A DNA stretch of 63,954 nt, counting the filler, from Piptocephalis cylindrospora (taxonomy: Eukaryota): the NCBI GenBank assembly GCA_003614145.1. It is 4 parts of 4 records of this genome, joined end to end, with 100 filler letters (N's around TTAATTAATTAA, not from the genome) between each part and the next. Parts side by side here need not be neighbours in the genome. Positions count along the whole stretch, not along the records: positions 35,395 to 52,950 come from KZ987853.1; positions 53,051 to 63,954 come from KZ988013.1; 2 more parts are not named here. One strand, written 5' to 3'. Position numbers and translations under genes: made by a program. Each line of letters starts with the position of its first letter. Within the stretch, counting starts at the first letter, position 1. A model generated the notes under the pieces. The model ran no database searches. It was not told the DNA's origin and saw only the letters and a program-made list of their open reading frames with translations. Shown here one piece after another: positions 49,430 to 61,049 of this stretch.

Positions 49430-50629
49430 TTACAGGTTGTTGATGACGGCGACGGTAAAGTCGGTGGTGGTGTTGTTCCCGCCCATGTCAGGGGTCCTTA
49501 CCCGACCGGAGGAGATGGTCTTGTAGACGGCGGAGGCAACCAAACCGGCGTGCTCTTCGAGACCGAGATGGCGAAGAAGCATAGCACCAGAGAGGAGCAT
49601 GGCCGTAGGGTTGGCGGAATTGTGCCCCTGGATGTCGGAACCGACGTGACGGCACCCTGGCTCAAAGATAGCATACTCGCGACCGAGGTTGCAACCAGGG
49701 ATGATTCCGGGGCCACCGACCAGGGCAGCGCCGACATTGGAGACGATGTTTCCGTAGAGATTGGGCATGACCATAACGTCGAATTGCTGGGGCTTGGAGA
49801 CGAGTTGCATGGAGCAGTTATCCACGATCATGTCGTTAAATTCGATCCCCGAGGAGGTGTACTCCTTGGCGACATCACGGCAGGTGTTGAGGAAGAGGCC
49901 ATCACCCAGTTTCATGATATTGGCCTTGTGGACACAGGTGACCTTCTTACGGCCATTACGAACGGCAAAATCAAAGGCGAACCGGGCAATACGCTCACTC
50001 TTGGTGCGGGTAACGACCTTGAGGCTCTCGACGACTCCAGGGAAAGATTGGTGCTCAAGGCCCGAGTACTCACCCTCGGTGTTTTCACGGATGATAGCAA
50101 AGTCTACGTTCGTGTGGCGGGTGGGATATCCCTCCAGGTTGCGGCAAAGGACGAGGGAGGCGTACAGATCCAATTCCTTCCGGATCGTGACATTGTAGGA
50201 GGGGTGCCCCAGACGGGACACGGGGGTATAAAGGATACCCTTGAGGCCGACCTTGTTCCGCTTCAGGGACTCGAGGGACTGACGGAAAAGGGCGTCATCG
50301 GAGGTGGTGTAGCCAGTGACATCAAACTGTTCCCACTCGACGGGGGCTGAGATAGCCTTGAAAACGGCCTTAACGGACTCAGCAGTCTCCTGACCAATCC
50401 CGTCCCCAGGAATCAGGGTGGCAGTGTGCTTTCCACCCATCTTGTTCCCGATAAAGGGGCTACCCTGGGAGGCAGCGGAGATGGAGGTGATGGTCCTGAT
50501 GGAGGACAGGCGCTATAAGGGAAGGTAGCGTGAGGAGATGAGGGGGAAAAGAAAGGGGAATGGAAAGAGACTTACCTGAGCCGTGGAGGGAACGGACCGG
50601 GAAAGGAGACGGGTAGCCGGGGAGAGCAT
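49430..50629 (-). CDS. IDH1: NAD-dependent isocitrate dehydrogenase regulatory subunit 1, mitochondrial (2 exons)
   Basis: Presequence MLSPATRLLSRS, intron 50513-50575, TLIPGDGIG, RENTEGEYSGLEH, VVESLK, KANIMKLGDGLF, FEPGCRHV. Confidence 0.95.
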
Positions 50630-51414
50630 GCTGAGCTGAGATGGGCGTGGGGACAAGGAAGAACGGAAAGTTGAACGTGGTGCTGAAGAAAGCAAAACAA
50701 GCCGAGAGAGGAGATAAAGAAAGAAGGAGTGGATGGGTGGGGAAGGGGAGCAGGAGAGAGAGGGAGCTGGACGAAAAAGGGGTGACTTGTGAGCGCGTTT
50801 CCATCGTTCACTCTCCTCGACCCTGTGGGTTGTTCGGATTAGACCGGACAAGCCAGGAAGCGCAGGGTCGGAGGGGGGGGGGGTTTAAGTGGGTTTAGGC
50901 CAAGTTTTTATGGGGATTTTGGAGTGAGAGATAAAGTACTGCTCGCAGTGCTGTGTAGAGGAATATTGGCTAAATAGATGGCGTTGAGTATCCTCAGCTG
51001 CTGTTGTTTATCCCACACATATGCACACAAACTCCCACAGCAGCTGAGAGAAAAGATCGGGGGCTTGCGGGTTTTAGCGAATTTTGCACTATTTGGGAGG
51101 AATAGTGCTGATTGTGGAAAGGCCGTGCGAGACCCTGTGTCATTGGGGATGGCATGGAAGGGCCAAAGCGGCATGATCCAGGGTGTGTGCATAATTATCA
51201 TTCAGGGACGTGTGGATAATGAATCATATAAGTATAGAGACGAGTCGGGCCGGGGGAATACTTGTGTCCTTTCTCCGGGGGTCATGGATTTTTGATGGAC
51301 GCAGCGTCACCATGGGGATAAAGGTGTACAGGTAACGAACGAGTCGTAAGAGATCCATTTCTCCTTTCTCTCCTTTCTATCTCGGGATATCACTGACTAT
51401 TGGGGATGGAAACA

Positions 51415-52541
51415 TCAACAAGGATTGGAAAGGACCAAATACAGAAAATTATCAGCATAGGCTAGGGACTCGGATGCCCAGGTTAAGGGAGTATCCCTTG
51501 GAAGAGGAATGCCATGGAGGAAAACTTGGGTTTGGGAAGTAATGGCATCTCTCCCATTAGTGCCATTCAGAGGAATGGTAAGGCCATCAAGGAGATGTTG
51601 AAGATGTGTAGGCTCCCCTAAAAGTGAGATGAGCATGGATCCAGAAAAAAGATTGACAGGAGTTACATACCATTTTTACTCATGGATGGGACGAGAGATT
51701 GGTGAGGAGTGAGTTGATTTGGAAGATAAAGACGTATGGGGATATTACGGGGATATCCAGTTCCCACCAACTGGCCATTCACCCTCCAAAACCCTTCGAG
51801 ATCGCCTTGACGTAGGCTGGCAAACAAGGACATCTGATCCTCCTTGGATAGTCGCATGATCTTGTTTGTGGATCCATGCCTGAGAAAATCTGACTAGATG
51901 GGATGGGGAGGGTGAGGAGCGGGGAAAGTGACTGGCACTTCCTCATTCCTCAGGAATAGCTACTCACCTCCTTCATCATGGACATGTGATGGGCATAGAG
52001 AAGGTCACCGCGTGGTGGAGGGAGTAGCCGGTCCATAGGATACCCACGGGTATGCACTTCAATGTTCCAGGGCAGTGGAGGAGATGAGGCCTTGGCCATG
52101 TCTAGATCGTACAACAATCCAACGGGAAGGTGCCATGCTAGGGGCTGATCCTCTCGTGAGTACCATAGGGATATTGGATCAGTCACCTCGGGTAATGGAA
52201 GGGTCTGAAGATGCTGATGGACCTTTTCGGAGATCCATGGCAGGTAACTGCATCTTGGTACCATTATCTGGAAGGGGGCTTGGAGATGAGCCGACCCTAT
52301 ATCCCTTCTTCTTCTTCTTCTTCTTCTTCTTCTTCTTCTTCTTCACATCACTCCCACTTACATAGAAGGGGGGAAGTGGCTGTGGGTGAGTAGAGGTGGC
52401 AATAGAGGAAGTGGAGGAGCCTTTGGAGGCCTCGTGGTAATCTTTCAACTCTGGGGGATGAACATGAACAGTGATCGGGATGGCTCCTCCAAAGACAGAC
52501 TGCCGAGCCCGGTGAGTTTCCGTGTCAGAAGGTAAGTGCAT
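51415..52541 (-). CDS. ATG5: Autophagy protein 5, multi-exon
   Basis: VFGGAIP, PRCSYLP, PLAWHLPVGLLYD, LPWNIEVH, MKE/SDFLRHGST, RNIPIRLY, HGIPLPRDTPL...YADNFLYL. Confidence 0.92.
52305..52344. repeat. (CTT)n microsatellite in ATG5 intron 1
   Basis: About 13 perfect units. Confidence 0.95.
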
Positions 52542-52950
52542 CTAGAGAGAGAGAGAGAGAAAGAAAAAGAAAGAAAGAGAAGGAGGTTCTGAGTAAGGAT
52601 GAAAGACTTGAAAAGAAAAGGGGTAAAGACGCGTTCAGACCGAGGGAGCAGACAAGGGCAAGGAATAATGGAATTGACCCCCGACCCAGTCTCAACAAGA
52701 GAGGCTAATTGATCGGGAATAAGGAATCTGTGGTGTATTTTCTCACGCAATAGTTGATTCTATACTCTATCCCATGTACTTTATTCCGAGGTATTGTTGC
52801 GTAGGGGGTTTTGAACAGTGAAAAGATTCAATGAAGTCCTAGCAATGGCACGAGGGCCTAACTTTCACTTGGGGAAATTGGGAACGGGAATGGGTATTTC
52901 AGGAGGAAATTCAATGTCCAGTCAGATGAAGTTCTTGGACAAGCAGGAAT

Positions 52951-53050
52951 NNNNNNNNNNNNNNNNNNNNNNNNNNNNNNNNNNNNNNNNNNNNTTAATT
53001 AATTAANNNNNNNNNNNNNNNNNNNNNNNNNNNNNNNNNNNNNNNNNNNN
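52951..53050. other. Assembly gap with artificial linker (interrupts the P4-ATPase gene)
   Basis: N-run / TTAATTAATTAA / N-run. Confidence 0.97.
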
Positions 53051-55597
53051 GAAGAGGACAGTGATGGGCCAGACGAGGAGATTATCGTGGATAGTCATCG
53101 AGGACAACAAAGACGAAAGAGTACTAATAGTCGTGTCAGTCACATGGATCATGAAAAGTCCAGTGGAGCCGATAGGGCCATACTTGATATTCCGTTGGAG
53201 GATCAAATGTTCCAAGGTCCTTCCCCGGATGAACAGGCCCTGGTGGAAGGGATGGCCAAGATGGGCTGGAGGCTACTTCAGGGGGCCGATCGGGCCTCTG
53301 GGGAGGGGGACAAGTCCTTGGTGGTGGTGGAGGATGCCGGAGGAGAAAGAAGTACCTTTCACCTCCTTGCCATCCTCGCCTTCACCACGGCTCGTCGACG
53401 GATGAGCGTGGTGGTGGGCATGCCCGATGGGACCGTGGTCCTTTTGACTAAAGGGGCCGACAGCTCCGTCTTGCCCCTTTGCACCGATGACTCTGCCTTT
53501 GGATCCAACCCTTCGGACAAGAAGGCGGCAGAGGCAGAGGGCAGGGACCCTGAAGTAAAGGGGGAGGGGGGGAAGAGACATTTACAGGAATTTGCCTCCC
53601 AAGGCCTTCGGACCCTCGTGTACGCCCGTCGTACCATTCCTCAAGAGGAGTGGGTTCAATGGAGGGATGGACCCTGGAAACGGGCGGAACGTGCCATTGT
53701 GGGTAGGGAGGAGGCTCAAGCTGAAGCAGCCTCCCTCCTCGAGAACTCCATGACCGTGTGTGGGGTTAGTGCCGTGGAGGATCGGTTGCAACGAGGAGTT
53801 CCGGAGACCGTGGGTCAACTACGGACCGCCGGGGTCCGGGTGTGGATGTTGACCGGGGACAAGTTGGAAACCGCAGTGAACATTGGACGGTCTTGTGGCC
53901 TTATTGGCGGGGGAATGTCAGTTGTCGAGATTAGCGCAGGGGGCCATGGGGAGGAGGGAGGGGGGGAGGAAGGAGAAGAAGGGGAGGAGGAGCTGGAACG
54001 TCGGGTACGTAGGAGACTGGAGGCCTTGAGTCAGGAACAGTCCTCTGGAGGAGGGGATAGAATGGCCGTGGTAGTGGATGGAACTGTCCTTTCTCTCATC
54101 CTCACCCCCGTCCTTGCAACCTCAAGCAAGGCCAAGGAGGAAGAAGGGGGGGAGGGGGAGAAGGGGTTTAGTAGCAGGGTCAAGAGATGGGGATCAAAGG
54201 GGTGGTCCTCGTCTTCTCACCATATTTCCACCGCCTTCTCCTCCCTTCTATCCCTTCCGCGGAGACTTCTTTGTCGTCCCCCTCCTTCCTCCCTTTCCTC
54301 TATTGGACCGCGTCCCCTTTTGGATTTATTCTTGGACGTGGCTCTCCCCGCCGCCACCGTCATTTGTTGTCGAGTGAGCCCGGCACAAAAGGCCGGGGTC
54401 GTCCGGGCCGTCCGGACCCGAGAGCCCCGGTCAGTAAGCCTTGCTATAGGGGATGGAGGGAATGATATTGCCATGATCCAGGAGGCTCAGGTGGGTATTG
54501 GTATTGCTGGAAGGGAGGGTTTAGCAGCGGCCAGGGCCTCTGATTACAGTATTGGCCAATTCCGCTTCCTGGCCCGGCTCCTCCTCGTCCACGGGGCCTG
54601 GTCCTATGGTCGCGTCGCCAAATTTACCCTTGGTACCTTCCATAAGTGCGCCTGCTTCTACGTCACCCAAGCGGCCTTTCAGGCCATGAACGGCTACAGT
54701 GGGACCTCCCTGTATGAGCAATGGACTCTATCCCTCTACAACACCATCTTCTCCTCCTTGCCCGTCATGGTGGTGGGGGTCACAGAAAGGGCCTGTACGG
54801 CACGAACCCTCTTGCGTCACCCCGAACTGTATGGCAGTGGAAGGCGGGGAGAGGCTTTTAACCTCCGGGTGTTTTGGAGATGGCAAGGGACCGCAATCCT
54901 CCAGTCCATCCTATGTGTGGCCATTCCTTACCTATCCTATTGTGGGATTGGCGGGAGTGGGGAGGGGGTAGGGTCGACACCTCAACTCTATCTCCTGGGT
55001 ATCACCGTGTACACATCCGTGCTGATTGTAGTGACGTGCAAGGTGTGCTTCCTCGAGGCCCGGTATTGGTCCCCCCTTACCCTCATCGCTGCCGTCCTTT
55101 CTCTTGGTGCCTGGGCTCTCTTTCAGTTGTCTTATTCCTTGGCTTACCCCAAGGCCGGAAGCGACATGGGCTACTCCATCCGTGGAGTTTTTATCCGAGC
55201 TGCCTTCAAAGGAGTGGACTTTTGGTTGGTCATTCTCCTCACCTCGTCCCTCGCTCTTCTCCCGGATTTGGCGGCACAAGTAACCTGGAATGTCTTTCGA
55301 CCCTCCCTAGCCTTCATGCACCAGGAGAGGGAGGCATGGGAGAGGAGGACCCGGACTCGGGCTCGGTGGTGGCAATGGCGACGGGATGTGGGAATTGAAG
55401 AGGGGATTGAGGCGGATTGGCCCGGGAAGGAGGAGGAATGGGAGAAAGAGGCGCCCCTTGCCCCCAAGGCCACTGGTAAACTCGGTCGCGACGATACAAC
55501 TGGTCCCATGGGCTGGCTGACTCGGGTTCGCATCCCGTGGAAGAGGCCCAAGACCAACCCCGCCATTCTTCCCATGGAGGAGACCGTGTCCATTTGA
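53051..55597 (+). CDS. DNF3: P4-type ATPase phospholipid flippase, DNF3-like; N-terminal half lost in the gap
   Basis: SPDEQALV, FTTARRRMSV, KGADS, GLRTL, VEDRLQRGVPE, WMLTGDKLETAVNIG, CCRVSPAQKA, AIGDGGNDIAMIQEA, GYSGTSLYEQW. DKTGT is absent from the visible part. Confidence 0.88.
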   Translation, partial: EEDSDGPDEEIIVDSHRGQQRRKSTNSRVSHMDHEKSSGADRAILDIPLEDQMFQGPSPDEQALVEGMAKMGWRLLQGADRASGEGDKSLVVVEDAGGERSTFHLLAILAFTTARRRMSVVVGMPDGTVVLLTKGADSSVLPLCTDDSAFGSNPSDKKAAEAEGRDPEVKGEGGKRHLQEFASQGLRTLVYARRTIPQEEWVQWRDGPWKRAERAIVGREEAQAEAASLLENSMTVCGVSAVEDRLQRGVPETVGQLRTAGVRVWMLTGDKLETAVNIGRSCGLIGGGMSVVEISAGGHGEEGGGEEGEEGEEELERRVRRRLEALSQEQSSGGGDRMAVVVDGTVLSLILTPVLATSSKAKEEEGGEGEKGFSSRVKRWGSKGWSSSSHHISTAFSSLLSLPRRLLCRPPPSSLSSIGPRPLLDLFLDVALPAATVICCRVSPAQKAGVVRAVRTREPRSVSLAIGDGGNDIAMIQEAQVGIGIAGREGLAAARASDYSIGQFRFLARLLLVHGAWSYGRVAKFTLGTFHKCACFYVTQAAFQAMNGYSGTSLYEQWTLSLYNTIFSSLPVMVVGVTERACTARTLLRHPELYGSGRRGEAFNLRVFWRWQGTAILQSILCVAIPYLSYCGIGGSGEGVGSTPQLYLLGITVYTSVLIVVTCKVCFLEARYWSPLTLIAAVLSLGAWALFQLSYSLAYPKAGSDMGYSIRGVFIRAAFKGVDFWLVILLTSSLALLPDLAAQVTWNVFRPSLAFMHQEREAWERRTRTRARWWQWRRDVGIEEGIEADWPGKEEEWEKEAPLAPKATGKLGRDDTTGPMGWLTRVRIPWKRPKTNPAILPMEETVSI

Positions 55598-56055
55598 TCG
55601 GTATGACATGTCCATGAGCTCTCTCTCCCCTCTCCTTTCCTTCTCTCTACACATGGGTATGTTTGTGCATAGGAATAGGAATTTTTACTTCATCTTTATA
55701 TCATCATGTGTGCTGCAGTGTGATGGGGAAGGGGAGGAAGGAGACTATAATGATAGTCGATGAGTTGGTAGAGAACTCGAGAAATGCAGTGTTGATAGAT
55801 ATGACACGATGCGTTCTCTACTGTGTCATTTGATGCATGAACCACAGATGTTTCCATCATCCATGATACATGCTTTTTAGCCGTGCGGGGACGTATCTTT
55901 GCGTTTCATCATTCAATCTCTGTATGCTCAAAGGACCAATTTAACTCCCATATCTAGAAGATCTCATTTGATATTAGATCCACCAGGTCACAAAGCCCAC
56001 TCCCCACCTGAGAGATGTACAGAGCGCCGTTTCTTCATGTGTCAAGGCGCCAGAT

Positions 56056-56733
56056 CTACGCACCCGGATAAAACTTGGGGAAGAATAAGGCGAGTTCCGC
56101 TCTGGCCGTCTCAGGAGAGTCTACCGAGGAAGCCAATTTAGTAGTCAGTACCTTTCCACCTTACACATGAGACAAACCGACCTACCTGATCCGTGGAATG
56201 AATTGCGCGTGTCAGTCAGACCATACATAGCGCGCAAGGTCATAGGCATGCTGATTCGGGCGCTATGTGGACCCGTATTGTTGTGATGAGAGGGCTCAAG
56301 AGAGTTTAGCGTACGCATGCATCCATGGGATAGCTGGACCAAAGATGATTCCTAGAACTCACCGCACTGGTTGAGTGGGCCCGATGAGGGACCGCCATTG
56401 CTGGATGGCATTGGGCCCTTCCAGGGCCAAGGCCTCAAATGCCCTACTAAGCACCGTCTGTTAATTAGGGCATGACGTTGGTAGCGCACTCCTCTCCCTC
56501 TCTCCTTACCTGGTCATATACCCAACGAGGCGCTCATAGAAGAAGCGGCCCTTGTGTTCGGCGTAAAAGTGGCCAGCCTCCTCCTCTGACCACAGCAGAC
56601 GACGACGATGCAAAATCTCCAGTCCCGAGTCAGCCGATTCAAGGATGTTCACGACGGCACGGACCCTAAGAGGGTCGGCGCATAGGTCCGGCTTGAGTAA
56701 GGCTAAGGTGACTTGGCGGATGGACGCAGCCAT
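56056..56733 (-). CDS. Nucleoside diphosphate kinase, NME6-like (group II), 4 exons
   Basis: TLALLKPD, FYAEHKGRFFYERLVGYMT, AIQQWRSLIGPT, LRAMYGLTDTRNSFHGSDS, ELALFFP; stop TAG at 56056-56058. Confidence 0.88.
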
Positions 56734-57099
56734 ACTGGAGAAAAGTCAGGGGCGCTTTGGAAGGTCTACGGTGATGGAGAGGAGCGGGCTCAAGGAAGAA
56801 TTGAGTGCTGGCTTGGTCGAGCCCCGCTCTTGCATCTACTTGCCATGGTTGTTAAGTGATGTCTGATTGAAGCCGCTTGTGTGACGGGGCCATTTGATGC
56901 GCATATATATATATATATATATATAATGTAGTGGACCGGCCATCATTGGGCTTCCCGCTATTTCGCGCATCTACCTCGATCAGATAAATAACAATGCATG
57001 GAAAGCCAATCTAGCACATGAGTTTTGCCTTTTTATCTTGCAAGTACTCTACATGTCCTACTTGAGCTGCATTAAAGTAATTTCTTTTCTACCGGTAAT

Positions 57100-58410
57100 A
57101 ATACTTTTAAAGTATTAAAAGAAAGGTGAGGATTGTACTCGGGCACTTTTGTTTCTCCACTTGGAGGGAAGAAGGGGTTGGCTTTCTCTCCTAAAATATA
57201 GCGACGAATTGTGTACTTTGTCTTTGATCGGGCTCTTTACTAACTCTCATGCAAAGTCCTTGAGAGCTTTTGAGATATCCTGGCATTTCTAGGATATTTA
57301 AACTTACGTGCATCAAGGTTCTAACAGCTTTACCAGGAAGAGGATGGAGCTCGTATCACCTCACCGCATATCTTTTCCTAAGACCCATTTATTTGGCAGC
57401 CCCTAGGACGAGACCTCCCTACCCATCATCTGGCCTTGGGAACAAGAACGATCAATGATGCATTAATAGGCACATCATTACTTATGAATAGATTGCTACC
57501 TTCTTACTGGAGAGGATTATGGAGTACATGGATGGACTGTCAGCCCAAGTTTATTCTATCATCTTCCATTCCATTGCAACACATCCTTTCTGTACCCTTG
57601 GAATCTGTTAGACAAGCGTCAGGACCAAGTATACCGTATGGAAGGGCCTGGAGAAGAAGAGGTGTACAGGTGATCAGGGATATACTGTAACTTATTAGAG
57701 GTCTAGGTCATTTGGATTTATCATCAACGACATTTTGCAAACGGGTTGAAGAAAGAATGGAGGCTGGGATCTGGAGGATGGATCCAAAGATTTCCAAGGG
57801 CTTGTTGCTCCTGTTGAGAGAAATAACTCCTTCCTGTATATGGGATATGGGCCAATATCTCCATTATTGAGATTGGTCAAAGTTCAACGGACCGGTAGAT
57901 GCCAAGGCATTGTATCATTCAAAGATACCTTCCATCTTGGTATCAAAAATGCACCATCGTTGCCATTATTGTCAAGGATTTGGTGGGAACCTTCCATTCG
58001 GCTCTACCTCCAAAAATACAATCTTTACTATAGACCTCTCACTCTATCATCTTCCAAGATCGTTAGGGTTCGAATCTAGTCTCCTGGCCATTGGATGCGC
58101 ATTTTGGTGTATTTATCGAGAAATTCTACGGATTGTGTCAAGTTCATCCGGGACGACGCTTAGATCTGATTTAAAGTACGAATTGCGGATATTGCCTCGG
58201 ATGCTGATGAGGGCCAAGGGGAGGATGGCCATTGAAAAGGGAACGATGGAGAAATGGGAGAAATGGGGAGGTTGCAGGAGAAGATAGGAGGGATCGGACA
58301 ATCCATGGAGGAAGCGACGATTTTGTGAAATTTCTGAATCTGTGAAGACTTTTAGGAATAGGGGAAGATTGTAATTTTCCCCAATATATTTCGCTGTTTA
58401 CTACTACTAG
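57100..58410 (+). mobile_element. Decayed non-LTR retrotransposon copy 2 (ORF2 C-terminal part)
   Basis: 3' about 370 bp matches copies 1 and 3 and ends in (TAC)n. Upstream fragments (SYWRGLWSTW, GVQVIRDI, LPPKIQSLL) resemble L1/Tx1-type post-RT and zf-RVT motifs. The 5' boundary is approximate. Confidence 0.6.
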
Positions 58411-58659
58411 TCTTGCTTCCGCCTACGATGAGATGCTCAGGCTTTTCACTCTCAACTTCTAGAGAAAGCGGTTGAAATCATGTACAGTTCAAGCAGATAT
58501 AGACATAATGCGAGCGCTCTCCTGTAGACTACAATGTGTCTATAGATAAACTGAGATACACCCACCATCCCTCATCGCCTATGAGCGCCTCGTGTTTACC
58601 ATCAGTCCAGAGGATTGATTCAAGAATGAGATGCAGGGTATGTCAGAGCCGCCTGGTGA

Positions 58660-59917
58660 TCAAGTATGCGACCATTGATTCTTCTCCCTAGAGTCGTATC
58701 CCTGGATTAAACTTTTAGTGTTTGAGGAAATAGCAATTCGGCCTATAGATGAGAAAGGTTTAGACCATTGGGTTACCTCATCCTCGTATGCTATATCCAT
58801 AGACTGGTCAAATGATTCTTTTTCTTGAAAAGGCGCGCTGACATAGCATTCTAATAAGGTCTGCACATATCGGAGGGAGGGGTAGCAAAGCTGGTCCTGT
58901 GGGGGTTGACTAACAGGACGCAGTTTGATATCAAAGCTCACTGAGTCCCTGATGAGATAAGTAGTGAAGCTGATCTATCCTGAATTGTTTGCCATTGGCC
59001 TGGTGAATCCTCCGTTATGGTCAGACTGACCCCTCTCTTCCTAGTGGTTGCTATCCTGTATTCTCGGATATGGGGCTTTTCTCTTCCTCTTAAAACGAGA
59101 GAAAAAGCCATAGTAGTCTGGTTAGAGCGAGGACTAATGGACCAAGGAAAGAGTAGCATGCAAATCCTCTGATATTGACCTTGGATGGACTGTAAGAGGC
59201 AAAGACAGGCAAAAAATTTCCCACGTTCAACGTCATGTCGATCCTAATCTGAAGCATCTTGAGGGAGGAAAACAATGGGCTTCTACCTATTCAGTTATCA
59301 TACCATGTAGTAGTAGCCACCGTAAAGTCGTTTCATCCCTGGCAGCGCACCAGATGAGCCAGCCCATCTGTCATCTCACCAAAAATAGCGTCTGGCGCAA
59401 AGGAGGTGCTTTGAGCCCCTTGCACATATGGGAACTGCTGTTTGTCAGGGATTGACAACCCTAGATTCCCAAGAGAATATCTTTTGCCCTTCTCACCTTT
59501 CAGTGATATCGGACCAAATCTGCCTTCAGAGAGAATCGAGGATGTAGTATCCAATGAAACTTTCTTCAACCATTGCCATCGTCCCTCACATAGATTCTGA
59601 CTGAGGGTATGGCTGGCCTTTACCACATCAAGCATTCGATTCATTTGATTATCCTCTGTCCAGACAGCGGAAACGTGTCATCGGTTCGATGTCTTGGGAA
59701 AACTCTTGGCATTCCAGTGGCAATGTTGCAGATAGCCTTTTTCAAAGTTAGTAGAGCAGACCTGATGGGTTTCACACGTATCCGCCAGATGGAAAGGGTG
59801 GTGATCATTCCCGTCGATGGCGCTCTTCCAACGCTGCAAGGGTGCTACCCATCTCACCAATGTCCGGAGAGAGAGGCTCCCATTCATTGGTCCTCGGAGA
59901 TGGTGCGGCAGTAACAC
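58660..59917 (-). pseudogene. Possible decayed gene of unknown family
   Basis: 59917-59090 is one frame broken by three TGA codons, followed by two overlapping ORFs in shifted frames. Confidence 0.3.
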
Positions 59918-60338
59918 CTCGTTACACCGACACTAGCCACATTTTCAAACTCCGTCTCCGACACCGATGGCTGGTTCTTGAGTGGTAGCATGGCTGCACC
60001 CTCTCCTCCGATGCTAACACTGCATCCCCCAGAGCCTATTATCATGGGACGTATCAGTAATCCTGATGGGAAAGTGAGGCATGAATCGCTGGGCCGTATC
60101 TGGGCCAGAGAATGTAGAGAGAGGAGACAGGACAGACCATCATGAGGCTGAGGAGGGAGGGGGAAAAGGTATAAGTAGTAGGAGGAATGAACCTCAAGAC
60201 AAGCCTCATCTCTACTTCTGCATCAACCCACTACTCCAAAACTCTCTCCACTCCTATCTATCATCTCTGGGCCGGCCCCCTTTCAGCACCAATCCACCAA
60301 GCAATCCATTTGTTCTACCCATTTTCTTTTCATTCATT

Positions 60339-60713
60339 ATGCGTACTTCTACCGTCACCCTCTTTGGCCTTCTCCTTGCCGCTACTGCCATGGCTTCCTC
60401 CGGTTTGACCGGCAGCTCCTACGGATTACTTCAGCGTCGTAACTACGACAAGCCCGATACCGCTGTCGATAGCGGTTCAGATGATGCTTCTATCGTCCAG
60501 TGCGTGCAGATGTGTCTTAAGACCCTTCCTTGCCCCGCATCCGGTGGTACCGATAATGCCAAGGACGAGAGCAAGGATGAGAGCAAGGAGGAGGAAGGAA
60601 GCAGTGATGAGCAAAACTATGAGGATGAAGGTGATGATGAGCAGAACTATGAGGATGAAGGCGATGATGAGCAGAACTATGAGGATGAAGGTGATGATGA
60701 GCAGAACTATTAG
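60339..60713 (+). CDS. Small secreted acidic repeat protein (124 aa)
   Basis: Signal peptide MRTSTVTLFGLLLAATAMA, dibasic QRR, CxxxC...C, then DEQNY(EDEGDDEQNY)3. TATA-like GGTATAAG at about 60168. Confidence 0.8.
   Translation: MRTSTVTLFGLLLAATAMASSGLTGSSYGLLQRRNYDKPDTAVDSGSDDASIVQCVQMCLKTLPCPASGGTDNAKDESKDESKEEEGSSDEQNYEDEGDDEQNYEDEGDDEQNYEDEGDDEQNY
60606..60710 (+). repeat. 30-bp coding tandem repeat (3.5 units)
   Basis: GATGAGCARAACTATGAGGATGAAGGYGAT repeated; differences are synonymous only. Confidence 0.95.
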
Positions 60714-61049
60714 GAGTAAAGATACTACATAATAATAGTAAACATCTTTCTGGCGAGAGTGTCGAGGCACATTACCACTCCCAAGTCTCCTAGCCTTTCT
60801 TCAACCATTCCTTCAATTTCCCCTTCAAGGTGCGGCCACAAGGTGTCCATCCCATTCCCCGTCTGCAAGGACTCTCATGTTCCAGCTGGTCTTGAATACA
60901 TTTGAGTTCTTTCTAATTCTTTGTTCTTGCTATGGACGGTGTTGATGGGTGGCCTTTTTGTAATTATTTAATGGCTTTTGGTGCCCAACACGATGTACGA
61001 AAAATTGCGCATGACCACTTGCTGCGGCTAGGAGGATATGGTGGTTATG

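Noticed and set aside
49382..50350. 322-aa antisense ORF over IDH1
   Set aside because: Codon-bias shadow of IDH1.
60606..60710. 30-bp repeats as a possible CRISPR array
   Set aside because: No spacers, in-frame coding, eukaryotic context.
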